Source: Rhodoferax sp. (GTDB lineage Bacteria > Pseudomonadota > Gammaproteobacteria > Burkholderiales > Burkholderiaceae_C). Taken from it: a DNA stretch of 64,000 nucleotides. Position numbers and translations under genes: made by a program. The notes under the pieces are model-generated. The model was not told the origin of the DNA, made no database searches, and saw nothing but the letters and a program-made list of their open reading frames with translations. The stretch covers positions 14,083 through 78,082 of the forward strand of contig JANNKH010000114.1 of assembly GCA_031396205.1 (NCBI GenBank), in the 5' to 3' direction. This document shows positions 38,089 to 46,894 of this stretch, in pieces; positions within the stretch are counted from its first letter, which is position 1, and each line of letters opens with the position of its first letter.

Positions 38089-39215
38089 TTCATGCGTTCT
38101 CGGTCTTGATCGATCTGGCTCACGTGGTCCGGGCTTTCCAGCAAGCGCTGGACAGTCGCAATGGACAGGTTCAGATGGTTGGCCTGGGGCGCGGTCAGTG
38201 TCAGCGCCGCGCATCCCGCGGCAAAACCGACCGCGTCCTGCAAACAAGCGCCTTCCAGAAAGCGGTGCATCAGACCCGCCATCAGCGCATCGCCGGCACC
38301 GGTTGCGTTGACAACCGCGACCGCTGTGGCCGACTGCCAGCCAGCGGCGCCTGCGCGATCGCTCCAGTAAAAGCCGCGCCCCCCCAGGCTCAGCACCACC
38401 TGGCACACGCCGCGCTCGTGCAACCAGCGGGCGGCTGCGACCACGTCGTCATCCGTATCAACGATGCGGTCGGTCAGCGCCTGTGCTTCCAGCCGGTTGG
38501 CCTTGAGCGTGTGCACCTGTTCCAGCCAGGGCAACAGGCGGCGACACTTGAAAGCCGACACCGGCTCGGCAAACAAGGGGGTCATGCGCGCCTGCGCAAA
38601 AATCCAGCCCAGTGCCGCCTGCGGCAGATTGCAATCAACCAGCACCGCGCTGGCATGGCGCAGGCGGTCTGCGTGGGCGGCCAGGCGCTTGGGCGTGATG
38701 TGCTCCAGGATCGCCATGTCATTGAGCGCCATGGCCATGTCGCCGTCGGACCCGTGCAATGAGAGATAGGTCGACGTCGCCTGACCCGCCAGCACCCGAC
38801 ACCCCTGTACATCGACGCCTGCGCGGCGGGTGTGCTCCAGCAGGCTGCTACCGTACAGATCATCGCCGACCGCGCTGACCAGCCGCACGTCATGGCCCAG
38901 CCGGGCCAGGTTTTCCGCCACATTGCGCGCCACGCCGCCCGGCGCGCAACGAATGCGGCCCGGTGTCGAATCCTGCGCCACGAGCGGATGGGCCGAACTC
39001 CCGGTGATGTCCATATTGCAGGCGCCAACGGCAACGACGAAGCGGTCCGCCGCCAGTACATACCCGCGCCCGACGATATGCCCCTTGTGCGTCAGATGCA
39101 TGATGTGACCAGCCACGGCGGCGCGGCTGATGCCCAGCCGGTCCGCCAGCGCCTGCTGGGCAATCAGCGGTTCATCACGCAGTATGTCGAGGATTTCCTG
39201 TTCGCGGCCGGCCAT
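38085..39215 (-). CDS. psuK: Pseudouridine kinase (PfkB family) with N-terminal winged-helix DNA-binding domain
   Basis: 376-aa ORF. The N-terminus REQEILDILRDEPLIAQQALADRLGISRAAVAGHIMHLTHKGHI is an HTH. The PfkB body follows (GGVARNVAENLARLG ... NATGAGDALMAG). Confidence 0.85.
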   Translation of the reverse strand: MAGREQEILDILRDEPLIAQQALADRLGISRAAVAGHIMHLTHKGHIVGRGYVLAADRFVVAVGACNMDITGSSAHPLVAQDSTPGRIRCAPGGVARNVAENLARLGHDVRLVSAVGDDLYGSSLLEHTRRAGVDVQGCRVLAGQATSTYLSLHGSDGDMAMALNDMAILEHITPKRLAAHADRLRHASAVLVDCNLPQAALGWIFAQARMTPLFAEPVSAFKCRRLLPWLEQVHTLKANRLEAQALTDRIVDTDDDVVAAARWLHERGVCQVVLSLGGRGFYWSDRAGAAGWQSATAVAVVNATGAGDALMAGLMHRFLEGACLQDAVGFAAGCAALTLTAPQANHLNLSIATVQRLLESPDHVSQIDQDRERMK

Positions 39216-39216
39216 T

Positions 39217-39230
39217 CAAACAATTGTTTG
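39217..39230. promoter_or_regulatory. Perfect 14-bp palindrome CAAACAATTGTTTG abutting the psuK start codon
   Basis: Read directly. It is one nucleotide upstream of ATG 39215, where an SD would normally sit. A further TGTTTGC copy is at 39244-39250. Confidence 0.5.
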
Positions 39231-39359
39231 CCAGGTTAATGAGTGTTTGCATTGTAGGCATCGTTCGAAGTCCGCAAGCGACCGGAGCCTGTTCGAGCCG
39301 CAAGATCCGCGCACCACACTGCCGGTCGGATGCAGCATTGGAGCGCGGACAATAAGGCC

Positions 39360-40034
39360 ATGCCTGACACTCCCCTGTGGCACCCAGTCATGCCGGCGCA
39401 TGCGCTGCGCGCCGGCGACAACGTGCTGGCCTGCAGCGTGCTGGGCCAGGAACTGGCCGTGTGGCGCAGCGCGGCGGGCCAGGTGCAGGCATGGGAAGAT
39501 CGTTGCCCGCACCGCGGTGTGGCGCTGAGCCTGGGGCGGGTTCAGGGCGATCGGCTGGCCTGTGCCTACCATGGCTGGGAATATGCAGCCGGCAGCGGAC
39601 GCTGCATCGCGATTCCTGCGCTGCCCGATATCCCGGTACCCGGTAATGTATGCGTCAAGACCTACACCGCGCTGGAAAGCAATGGCATGGTCTGGGTCCA
39701 CATTGGCGACCGCCTGGCTCGCGATTCGCCAGCGCCACTGCCTTTGCTGCCGGACGACGCGGCGCCCGCACGGTTTCTGCGCACCATGGGCCTGCGTGCC
39801 TCAGCGCAACAGGTCGACCACGCGTTATCCGCACACGGCTACCATCGTTTGTCGCCTTGCCATTGGCGCGGCGAACTGGCCCAGCAGCCCGTGCACCTGT
39901 TCGTGCTGTCGGCCCAGGCGCATCTGTGCCTGCTGCATCTGGCTTGCGCCACGGAACCACCCAGGGTATCGCTGATCGCGCTGTTTGGCGCAGCGCGCCT
40001 GTTGCGCGGCGCGATCGAATCTGGCGCGCCCTGA
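39360..40034 (+). CDS. Rieske [2Fe-2S] domain protein with a C-terminal extension lacking the canonical DxxHxxxxH catalytic iron motif
   Basis: Within ORF 39330..40034. The cluster ligands CPHRG...CAYHGW are intact. The C-terminal ~110 aa has no canonical D-x2-H-x4-H motif; the nearest match is VDHALSAH, where Asp directly abuts the first His. Confidence 0.75.
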   Translation: MPDTPLWHPVMPAHALRAGDNVLACSVLGQELAVWRSAAGQVQAWEDRCPHRGVALSLGRVQGDRLACAYHGWEYAAGSGRCIAIPALPDIPVPGNVCVKTYTALESNGMVWVHIGDRLARDSPAPLPLLPDDAAPARFLRTMGLRASAQQVDHALSAHGYHRLSPCHWRGELAQQPVHLFVLSAQAHLCLLHLACATEPPRVSLIALFGAARLLRGAIESGAP

Positions 40035-40039
40035 TCAGC

Positions 40040-40912
40040 ATGCCGTTCTGCACCCAGGACCCCAATATGCGCGACGACTGGCTCACGCTCGGATCGTGCG
40101 ACCGGCTGGCCGCATCCGGTCCCTCGCGCCCGATCGAGACGCGCCTGCTCGGCCAGGCCGTGCAACTGTGGCGCGATGCCGATGGCACGCCGCGCGCCCG
40201 CGCCGACGGCACAGACCTGCCGGTGCAGGAACACTATGGATACCTGTGGGTCCATACCGGCGACGGCACGCCACCCCCGCTGTTCGACCTGCCCGAATAC
40301 CGCGAGCCCGGGCGGCGCATCGTTGACTGCGGCGGCATCGGCGTCGCGACCTCCGGGCTGCGGGTCGTGGAGAACTTCCTGGACATGGGCCATTTCCCCT
40401 ATGTGCACGCCGGCACGCTGGGCAAGGTTCCGCACACCGCCGTCGCGCCCTACGACGTTGCCATCGACCCCGATACCCGCGAAATCTGGGCCACCGGTTG
40501 CCGCTTCTTCCAGCCCCGCGCGTCGGCGTCCGCCGCCGCGGGCATCGAGGCACACTACCGCTACCGGGTGATGCAGCCCTTCACCGCCGCGCTGTACAAG
40601 TCATGCCCGAATCGCCAAGGCGCGCAGGACGTGATCGGCCTGTTCGTGCAGCCACTGGACGACGAGCAGGTGATTGCCCATGTGCTGCTGGTCTACTTCG
40701 AGGATGCGTTGTCAGACGCCGAGATGATCGCGTTCCAGCACAGGATCTTCGGCCAGGACAAACCGATCCTGGAGAGCCAGCGTCCGCGCCGACTGCCACT
40801 CGACGGGCCGCTGGAATCCCACATGCGCTGTGACCTGACATCGGCAACCTACCGGCGCTGGCTGCGCAGGCGCGGCATGGTCTTTGGCGTGCACCCGACG
40901 CAGGAAGCATGA
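40040..40912 (+). CDS. Rieske-type oxygenase alpha-like catalytic protein whose N-terminal domain lacks the Fe-S ligands
   Basis: Within ORF 39650..40912; start at ATG 40040 or 40067. ENFLDMGHFPYVH gives the mononuclear-iron D-x2-H-x4-H motif. The N-terminal ~65 aa resembles a Rieske fold but has no CxH/CxxH. Confidence 0.7.
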   Translation: MPFCTQDPNMRDDWLTLGSCDRLAASGPSRPIETRLLGQAVQLWRDADGTPRARADGTDLPVQEHYGYLWVHTGDGTPPPLFDLPEYREPGRRIVDCGGIGVATSGLRVVENFLDMGHFPYVHAGTLGKVPHTAVAPYDVAIDPDTREIWATGCRFFQPRASASAAAGIEAHYRYRVMQPFTAALYKSCPNRQGAQDVIGLFVQPLDDEQVIAHVLLVYFEDALSDAEMIAFQHRIFGQDKPILESQRPRRLPLDGPLESHMRCDLTSATYRRWLRRRGMVFGVHPTQEA

Positions 40913-41541
40913 TCCGGCTGTACGACTACGAACTCTCCGGCAACTGCTACAAGTTGCGGCTGCTGCTGCACTGGCTGGGCCTGCAATACGAGCACGTACC
41001 GGTCAATTTTCATCCGGGGCGCGAGCACAAATCAGATTCATTCCTGCGCAACATCAACCCGCTGGGCCAGTTGCCGGTGATCGACGACGACGGATTCCTG
41101 CTGCGCGACGCTCAGGCCTGCCTGGTGTATCTGGCCAGCCGTTACGACCCCGGCGGGCATTGGCACCCGCTCGATGCCAGTACGCGGGGCCGCATTCAGT
41201 TGTGGCTGGCCACCGCCGACGACCTGACCCGCGGCATTGCAGCCCTGCGGCTGCACTACAGCTTCGGCACCGCAGCCGATGTTGTGCTCTGCGAGCGCGT
41301 CGCAGATGCGGCGTTGCGGCTGATGGACGACACCATGGCAGAAAACCAATACCGTGGCCAACGCTGGCTGGCGACCGAGCGGCCCAGCATTGCCGATATC
41401 GCCTGTTTTCCTTACGCAGCGCTGGCCGGCGAGGCGCGCATCGATCTGCGGCCTTATCCAGCGCTGCAGGCCTGGATTCGCGACCTGCGCCACCTGCCCG
41501 ATTTCATCGCCATGCCGGGCATCCTGGACCCGGCCTTGTGA
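40909..41541 (+). CDS. Glutathione S-transferase
   Basis: ATGA overlap with the oxygenase gene. MIRLYDYELSGNCYKLRLLL...INPLGQLPVIDDDG is a GST N-domain. Confidence 0.8.
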   Translation: MIRLYDYELSGNCYKLRLLLHWLGLQYEHVPVNFHPGREHKSDSFLRNINPLGQLPVIDDDGFLLRDAQACLVYLASRYDPGGHWHPLDASTRGRIQLWLATADDLTRGIAALRLHYSFGTAADVVLCERVADAALRLMDDTMAENQYRGQRWLATERPSIADIACFPYAALAGEARIDLRPYPALQAWIRDLRHLPDFIAMPGILDPAL

Positions 41542-41601
41542 TCGAACCGGACCTGACCGCCGTACACTGGCAGATCCAACTTTTTTGAAAGCTCTTTTGC
41601 C

Positions 41602-42621
41602 ATGAAATTGCTGATCACCGGTGGCGGCGGATTTGTCGGCGCGCGACTGGCCCGCGCCCTGCTCGCGCGCGGCGAACTGGCCGGACAGACCATCAAGACC
41701 CTGGTGTTGACCGACCAGGTCGCGTCACCGGCCGACCTGATTGCCGACGCCCGGGTGCAGGATCGCACGGGGCCCCTGCTGACGCAGTGCGAAGCGCTCA
41801 AGACTGAACCCTTCGACGGCATTTTCCACCTGGCCTCGGCGGTGTCGGGCGAATGCGAACTCGACTTCGAACTGGGCATGCGCTCGAACCTGGACAGCAC
41901 CCGCGCCCTGCTCGACGCGCTGCGCGCCGCCAGCCTGTCCAGCGGCAAGCCGGCACGCTTCGTGTTCTCCAGCTCGGTGGCGGTATTCGGACCCGATGCC
42001 GCCGTTCCGATGCCCTCGCCAGTGGCCGACGACACGCTGCCGGCACCGCAGTCGTCCTATGGCATCCAGAAGCTGATCTGCGAACACCTGATTTCCGACT
42101 ACACGCGAAAGGGCTTCATCGACGGCCGCGCGGCCCGGCTGATGACGGTATCGGTGCGCCCAGGGCGTCCCAACGGCGCGGCATCGTCGTTTTTCTCCGG
42201 CATCATCCGCGAGCCCCTGGCCGGTGTCGATTCGATCTGCCCGGTGGACGACCAGGTATCCCATCCGCTGGCATCGCCCGGCAAGACCGTCGAAGGACTG
42301 ATCACGGTTTTCGAGGCCAGTCGCGAGGCCTTTCGCGGCCGCCTGGGCATGAACCTGCCCTCGATCAACGTGCGGGTCTGCGACATGCTCGACGCACTGG
42401 AGCGGGTGGCCGGCAAGGCGGTACGGGCGCGGGTGCGCTTTGCGCGCGACGAACGCATTGCCGGCATGGTCGCCAACTGGCCCACCGGTGCCACCGCCGC
42501 GCGCGCAGTCGCTCTGGGCTTGCACCCGGACGAGAGTTTCGAAGCCATCATCCAGCAGTACGTGGACGACTGCCGCAAGACGCCGGGAGCCCAAGCCGCG
42601 CTCGCGGGGCTCTCAGGCTGA
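41602..42621 (+). CDS. NAD-dependent epimerase/dehydratase family SDR (D-erythronate dehydrogenase DenD-like)
   Basis: ITGGGGFVG Rossmann motif, YGIQK catalytic pair, and RLMTVSVRPGRPNGAASSFFSGIIREPL, which is typical of DenD-like enzymes as I recall them. Confidence 0.65.
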   Translation: MKLLITGGGGFVGARLARALLARGELAGQTIKTLVLTDQVASPADLIADARVQDRTGPLLTQCEALKTEPFDGIFHLASAVSGECELDFELGMRSNLDSTRALLDALRAASLSSGKPARFVFSSSVAVFGPDAAVPMPSPVADDTLPAPQSSYGIQKLICEHLISDYTRKGFIDGRAARLMTVSVRPGRPNGAASSFFSGIIREPLAGVDSICPVDDQVSHPLASPGKTVEGLITVFEASREAFRGRLGMNLPSINVRVCDMLDALERVAGKAVRARVRFARDERIAGMVANWPTGATAARAVALGLHPDESFEAIIQQYVDDCRKTPGAQAALAGLSG

Positions 42622-42674
42622 GACCAAGCGCGTCCTGCATCGCACGCGCAAGCCGCAGACTGCGCGACCAGGCT

Positions 42675-43676
42675 TCAGACCAGTTTCCACTGCATCCACG
42701 CCGCCGAATTGAAGAAACTGGCGACCACGCTGCCCGGCGGCACCAGCGCATCGCAGGCCGCGCGCAGTTCATCCGACAACGCCATATCGGCCACCGGCAA
42801 CGCCTGGCGCAGTTGCGCCAGTGTGCGCGGGCCGATGATGGGCGCAGTCACACCCGGCTGGTCCTTGACCCACAGGTAGGCCAGTTGCGCCGGATCATGG
42901 CCATGCTGGCGCGCCAGGGCCGCAAACAGCTGCCCCACCGCGATGCCGCGCTCGGTGACCCTTTCGGCGTAGATACCACCACGCAGTGCCGCTCGGCTGT
43001 CTGTCGCCGGCGTGCTGCCCTGCGCATAACGCCCCGCAAGCATGCCCATGGCCATCGGTGACCAGGTCAGCAGCGCCAGGCCATAGCGCTGGCAAGCCGG
43101 TACCAGTTCATTCTCGATGCGCCGCTCCAGCAGGTTGTAGGGTGACTGCTCGGACACAAACGACGCCAGACCCTGCTGCGCACTGGTGTGCTGCGCCTGC
43201 GCCACCTGCCATGCCGGCGTGGTGCTGGAGCCGACATAGCGCACCTTGCCCTGGCGCACCAACAAGTCCAGCGCGGACAAGGTCTGCTCGATCGGCGTGT
43301 CCGGGTCCGGCCGGTGCGTCTGGTACAGGTCGATGTGGTCGGTGCCCAGGCGGCGCAGCGAGTCTTCGCAGGCCTGCACGATATGGTGGCGACTCAGGCC
43401 GCGGTCGTTGGCGCCGGGGCCGGTGGGATAGAACACCTTGGTCGCGATGAGCATGTCGTCACGCCGCTTGCGTCGTGTCAGCCACTTGCCGATCAGGCGC
43501 TCGGCCTCGCCACCGGCGTAGCTGTTGCTGGTATCGACCAGGTTGATGCCGCCCTCGACCGCCGCATCCAGGATCGCCAGGCTCTCGGCCTCGGGCGTCG
43601 GGTTGGCCAGGTTGTCGGTGCCCAGCACCAGGGACGACAGCTTCAGGCCGGTACGGCCAAACGGACGATACTGCAT
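42675..43676 (-). CDS. Aldo/keto reductase
   Basis: 333-aa [24 protein letters not shown] and [10 protein letters not shown] are present. Confidence 0.85.
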   Translation of the reverse strand: MQYRPFGRTGLKLSSLVLGTDNLANPTPEAESLAILDAAVEGGINLVDTSNSYAGGEAERLIGKWLTRRKRRDDMLIATKVFYPTGPGANDRGLSRHHIVQACEDSLRRLGTDHIDLYQTHRPDPDTPIEQTLSALDLLVRQGKVRYVGSSTTPAWQVAQAQHTSAQQGLASFVSEQSPYNLLERRIENELVPACQRYGLALLTWSPMAMGMLAGRYAQGSTPATDSRAALRGGIYAERVTERGIAVGQLFAALARQHGHDPAQLAYLWVKDQPGVTAPIIGPRTLAQLRQALPVADMALSDELRAACDALVPPGSVVASFFNSAAWMQWKLV

Positions 43677-43679
43677 GGC

Positions 43680-44444
43680 CTATTGCGTGCTGAAGCCACC
43701 ATCGACGTAGACCATTGCACCGGTCATGTAGCTGGCTGCGTCGCTGCACAGGAACACCGCGACCCGGGCAATCTCCTCGGGCTGGGCGAGTCGCCCCATG
43801 GGCACCACCCGGTCGGCGATCTCCTGCGCCTGCGCGTCGGTCAGCGGCGTGGCGCGCCCGGCGGCGCGCAGCATCGGCGTGTCGACCTCACCGGGACACA
43901 CGCAATTGAAGCGCACGCCGTCGCGCGCCAACTCCAAAGCAAAACTGCGCGTGACCTGCTGCACTGCGCCCTTGCTCGCCGCATAGGCCAACGCGCCCTT
44001 GCCGCCCAGTTCGCCCCAGATGCTGCCGAAGTTGACAACCGCGCCGCCACCGTGGGCGCGCATGTGGCGCGCCGCCGCGCGGCTGAGGTAGAAGACGCCG
44101 CCGGCGTTGACAGCCATCGCGCGCTCCCACTCGGCATCCAGCGTGTCGACACCGCTCTTGCGCGCGATGATGCCGGCGCAATTGACGACCGCGTCCAGGC
44201 GCCCGGTCTTTTCAACGGCGCTGGCCACGGCCCGATTGCAGAACGCGGCGTCGCTGACATCGCCCGCCACCGCAGTTGCGCCCATCTCCAGTGCGGTGCG
44301 CTCGGCCAGCGCCGCATTGGCGTCGACGATGAAGACGTCGGCGCCGGCACCGGCGAACAGGCGTGCGACCTGCGCCCCCATGCCGCTGGCCCCGCCGCTG
44401 ACCAGCGCCGTGCTGCCATGAAAATCGAAATGCACCTGCCCCAT
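43680..44444 (-). CDS. Short-chain dehydrogenase/reductase
   Basis: Start at ATG 44444, preceded by GAGGAG. ALVSGGASGMG, YAASKGAV and YVDGGFS are present. Confidence 0.85.
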   Translation of the reverse strand: MGQVHFDFHGSTALVSGGASGMGAQVARLFAGAGADVFIVDANAALAERTALEMGATAVAGDVSDAAFCNRAVASAVEKTGRLDAVVNCAGIIARKSGVDTLDAEWERAMAVNAGGVFYLSRAAARHMRAHGGGAVVNFGSIWGELGGKGALAYAASKGAVQQVTRSFALELARDGVRFNCVCPGEVDTPMLRAAGRATPLTDAQAQEIADRVVPMGRLAQPEEIARVAVFLCSDAASYMTGAMVYVDGGFSTQ

Positions 44445-44457
44445 CGCGAACTCCTCG

Positions 44458-46839
44458 TCATGCGCAAACGGTTGCCGTGGCCTCGGCGCGCCAGCGCGTG
44501 CACCACGGGGCCAGATCCTCGGCTGGCATCGGTTTGGCCAGGTGATAACCCTGCACCTCATCGCATGCCAGCGCACGCAGTTGCTCGAGTATCACCGCGT
44601 TCTCGACGCCTTCGGCCACCACCGTCAACCCCAGGTTGTGCGCCAGGTCGATGGTCGAGCGCACGATCTTGGCGTCGTCTTCATCCTCCTGCATGTTCAT
44701 CACGAAGGACTTGTCGATCTTGAGCTCGTCCACCGGCAAGCGCTTGAGATAGGCCAATGACGAATACCCGGTGCCGAAATCATCGATCGACAGCGCAAAA
44801 CCGCGCCGCGACAACTTGTCGAGCGTGGCCAATGCGCGCTGCGGATCGTCCATGATGGCGCTTTCGGTGATCTCCAGACAGAATGCGCTGGCGTCGACCG
44901 TGTTTCTCTGCAGGATTTCCTCCAGCCGCGCCGGCAGGTCGATGTCCAGCATGTCGCGGGTCGACAGATTGATCGACAGGCGCAGCCCCAGGCCTTGCGT
45001 GCGCAGTTCACGGCTCAGGCGCGCCGAGCGGTCGAACATCCACAAGGTCAGTTGGCGCACGAAGCCGGTCTGCTCAGCGAACGGAATGAACTGCAATGGC
45101 GGCACCAGGCCGCGCGTCGGATGCTGCCAGCGCACCAGGGCCTCGGCCGCCACCACCGCATCGTCGACCAGCCGGATCTTGGGCTGCAGAAACAGACGCA
45201 GCTCGTCGTGGTCGATGGCATGGCGCAATTCGGTCAGCAGCGACAGAGTCTGCGTACTCGACGAGTCCAGCGCCGGGTCGTACAGCTGGATGCCGGTGGT
45301 ACGGCTCTTGGCCGCGTACATCGCGACCTCGGCCCGCGACAGCAGGGTGTCGGCGTCATCGGCATGCATTGGCCAGCAGGCCACACCGATGCCGGCACTC
45401 AGGTCCACCGTCTGGTCGTCAAACGCCAGCGGCAGCTCGAACGATTTGGCTATCCGCTCGGCCACCGCCAATGCGGCGGGCGCATCGCTGATCGTGAGCA
45501 ACACCGCGAATTCGTCGCCACCGAGCCGGGCTACCATGTCCCCGGTGCGCAGGTCCTGCTGGGTCAGGCGCTTGGCCACTGCCATCAGCAACATGTCGCC
45601 AAACGAGTAGCCCAGTACATCATTGACATGTTTGAAACGGTCGATGTCGAGCATCACCACCGCAATGTTGCCGCGGCCCATTTCCGCGACGGCGCCCTGG
45701 CTGTCGATCTCGCTTTGCAGCGCTTCGCGAAAACGCGCCCGGTTGGGCAGGCCGGTCAGCCGGTCCCAGTAGGCCAGGGTGCGGATCTCGGCCTGCTGGG
45801 CACCAATGTTGATGCGCATCTGATCGAAAGCCTTGGCCAGGCCGCCGATTTCGTCATGCCGGTCCATATGCTCCATCGGCACGTCGTACTGCCCCAAGCC
45901 CAGGCGCCGGGTCGCATCGACCAGCGAGCGCAGCGGCGTGGTCACGCGACGCGCCGCAAAAATGCTCCCGATGCCGAACAGCACCACGCCCATCGCCGTG
46001 ATCCAGGCCAGTGCCACCTGGGCCTGGCGAAACGGCGCCACCACCTCGTTGAGCGAACGCAGCAACACGGTCCGCACACTGCCCGAACTGCCGGTATCGA
46101 GCTTGACACTGCGCGCAACCAGCAGGTCACCATGGTCGGCCAGCTCCACCACGTCGCCCTGGTGATCCTTCAGCGTCTGCAAGGCCTCGGGAGGCAGGGT
46201 CGTGACGACGACGCTGCCCTTGTCGTTGCCGACGTCGCTGATCAGCGCCAGGTGCATGTCGGAGATCGCCCGCATGTCGTCGACCAGCTTCTGGTTGATC
46301 GGAAAGCCCATCAGCACATACCCCACCAGCACGGGCGCCTTCATCGGCACCATCACGAACTGGTGCGGAATGCCACCCACCAGCGCCACCTGGCTGCCCT
46401 GGGCGTCGCGCGCCAGCGGACCGACCAGTTCGGCCAGCACCGGCTTGAGTTCGTCGACAGCGACAGCCTCGCCGACCGCCCGCAGTTCCATCCGGGTATC
46501 GACCAGCGCGGTGATGGTGGCCCCGATCCGCGCGCCGTTGTTCTCGAGCGCGGAGCCAATGGTCTGGGTATCGCCCGAACTGACCGCGGCGCGAAAGCCG
46601 AAATCCGCCGCAAGCACGCCGGCGCCCTGGCGCAGTTGCTGCGCATTCTGGTCCAGCAGGCGACGCCAGACCCGCTCGCCCACCAGCAGTTCCTGCGCCA
46701 CCTGCTGGCGCGCGCTTTGCTCGATGCTGATCTGAACCACGCTAAAAACGGCCGTTTGCACCAGCAGCAGCAGCAACAACGACAGGGCTACGATGCGCGA
46801 GGACAGTCCCCAGCGATGGGGCAACCAGTTGCGCGTCAT
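44458..46839 (-). CDS. Membrane sensor diguanylate cyclase/phosphodiesterase (periplasmic domain-HAMP-GGDEF-EAL)
   Basis: Start placed at ATG 46839. TM1, a periplasmic region of roughly 270 aa, TM2 and HAMP. Intact RLGGDEFAVLL, EALVRW, EITES and DDFGTGYSSLAYLK are present. Confidence 0.85.
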   Translation of the reverse strand: MTRNWLPHRWGLSSRIVALSLLLLLLVQTAVFSVVQISIEQSARQQVAQELLVGERVWRRLLDQNAQQLRQGAGVLAADFGFRAAVSSGDTQTIGSALENNGARIGATITALVDTRMELRAVGEAVAVDELKPVLAELVGPLARDAQGSQVALVGGIPHQFVMVPMKAPVLVGYVLMGFPINQKLVDDMRAISDMHLALISDVGNDKGSVVVTTLPPEALQTLKDHQGDVVELADHGDLLVARSVKLDTGSSGSVRTVLLRSLNEVVAPFRQAQVALAWITAMGVVLFGIGSIFAARRVTTPLRSLVDATRRLGLGQYDVPMEHMDRHDEIGGLAKAFDQMRINIGAQQAEIRTLAYWDRLTGLPNRARFREALQSEIDSQGAVAEMGRGNIAVVMLDIDRFKHVNDVLGYSFGDMLLMAVAKRLTQQDLRTGDMVARLGGDEFAVLLTISDAPAALAVAERIAKSFELPLAFDDQTVDLSAGIGVACWPMHADDADTLLSRAEVAMYAAKSRTTGIQLYDPALDSSSTQTLSLLTELRHAIDHDELRLFLQPKIRLVDDAVVAAEALVRWQHPTRGLVPPLQFIPFAEQTGFVRQLTLWMFDRSARLSRELRTQGLGLRLSINLSTRDMLDIDLPARLEEILQRNTVDASAFCLEITESAIMDDPQRALATLDKLSRRGFALSIDDFGTGYSSLAYLKRLPVDELKIDKSFVMNMQEDEDDAKIVRSTIDLAHNLGLTVVAEGVENAVILEQLRALACDEVQGYHLAKPMPAEDLAPWCTRWRAEATATVCA

Positions 46840-46894
46840 CGGCGAACCAGCGGCCCTCGCGCCAATCGATGCGACCCCCAGCAGGGCCTTGCCG

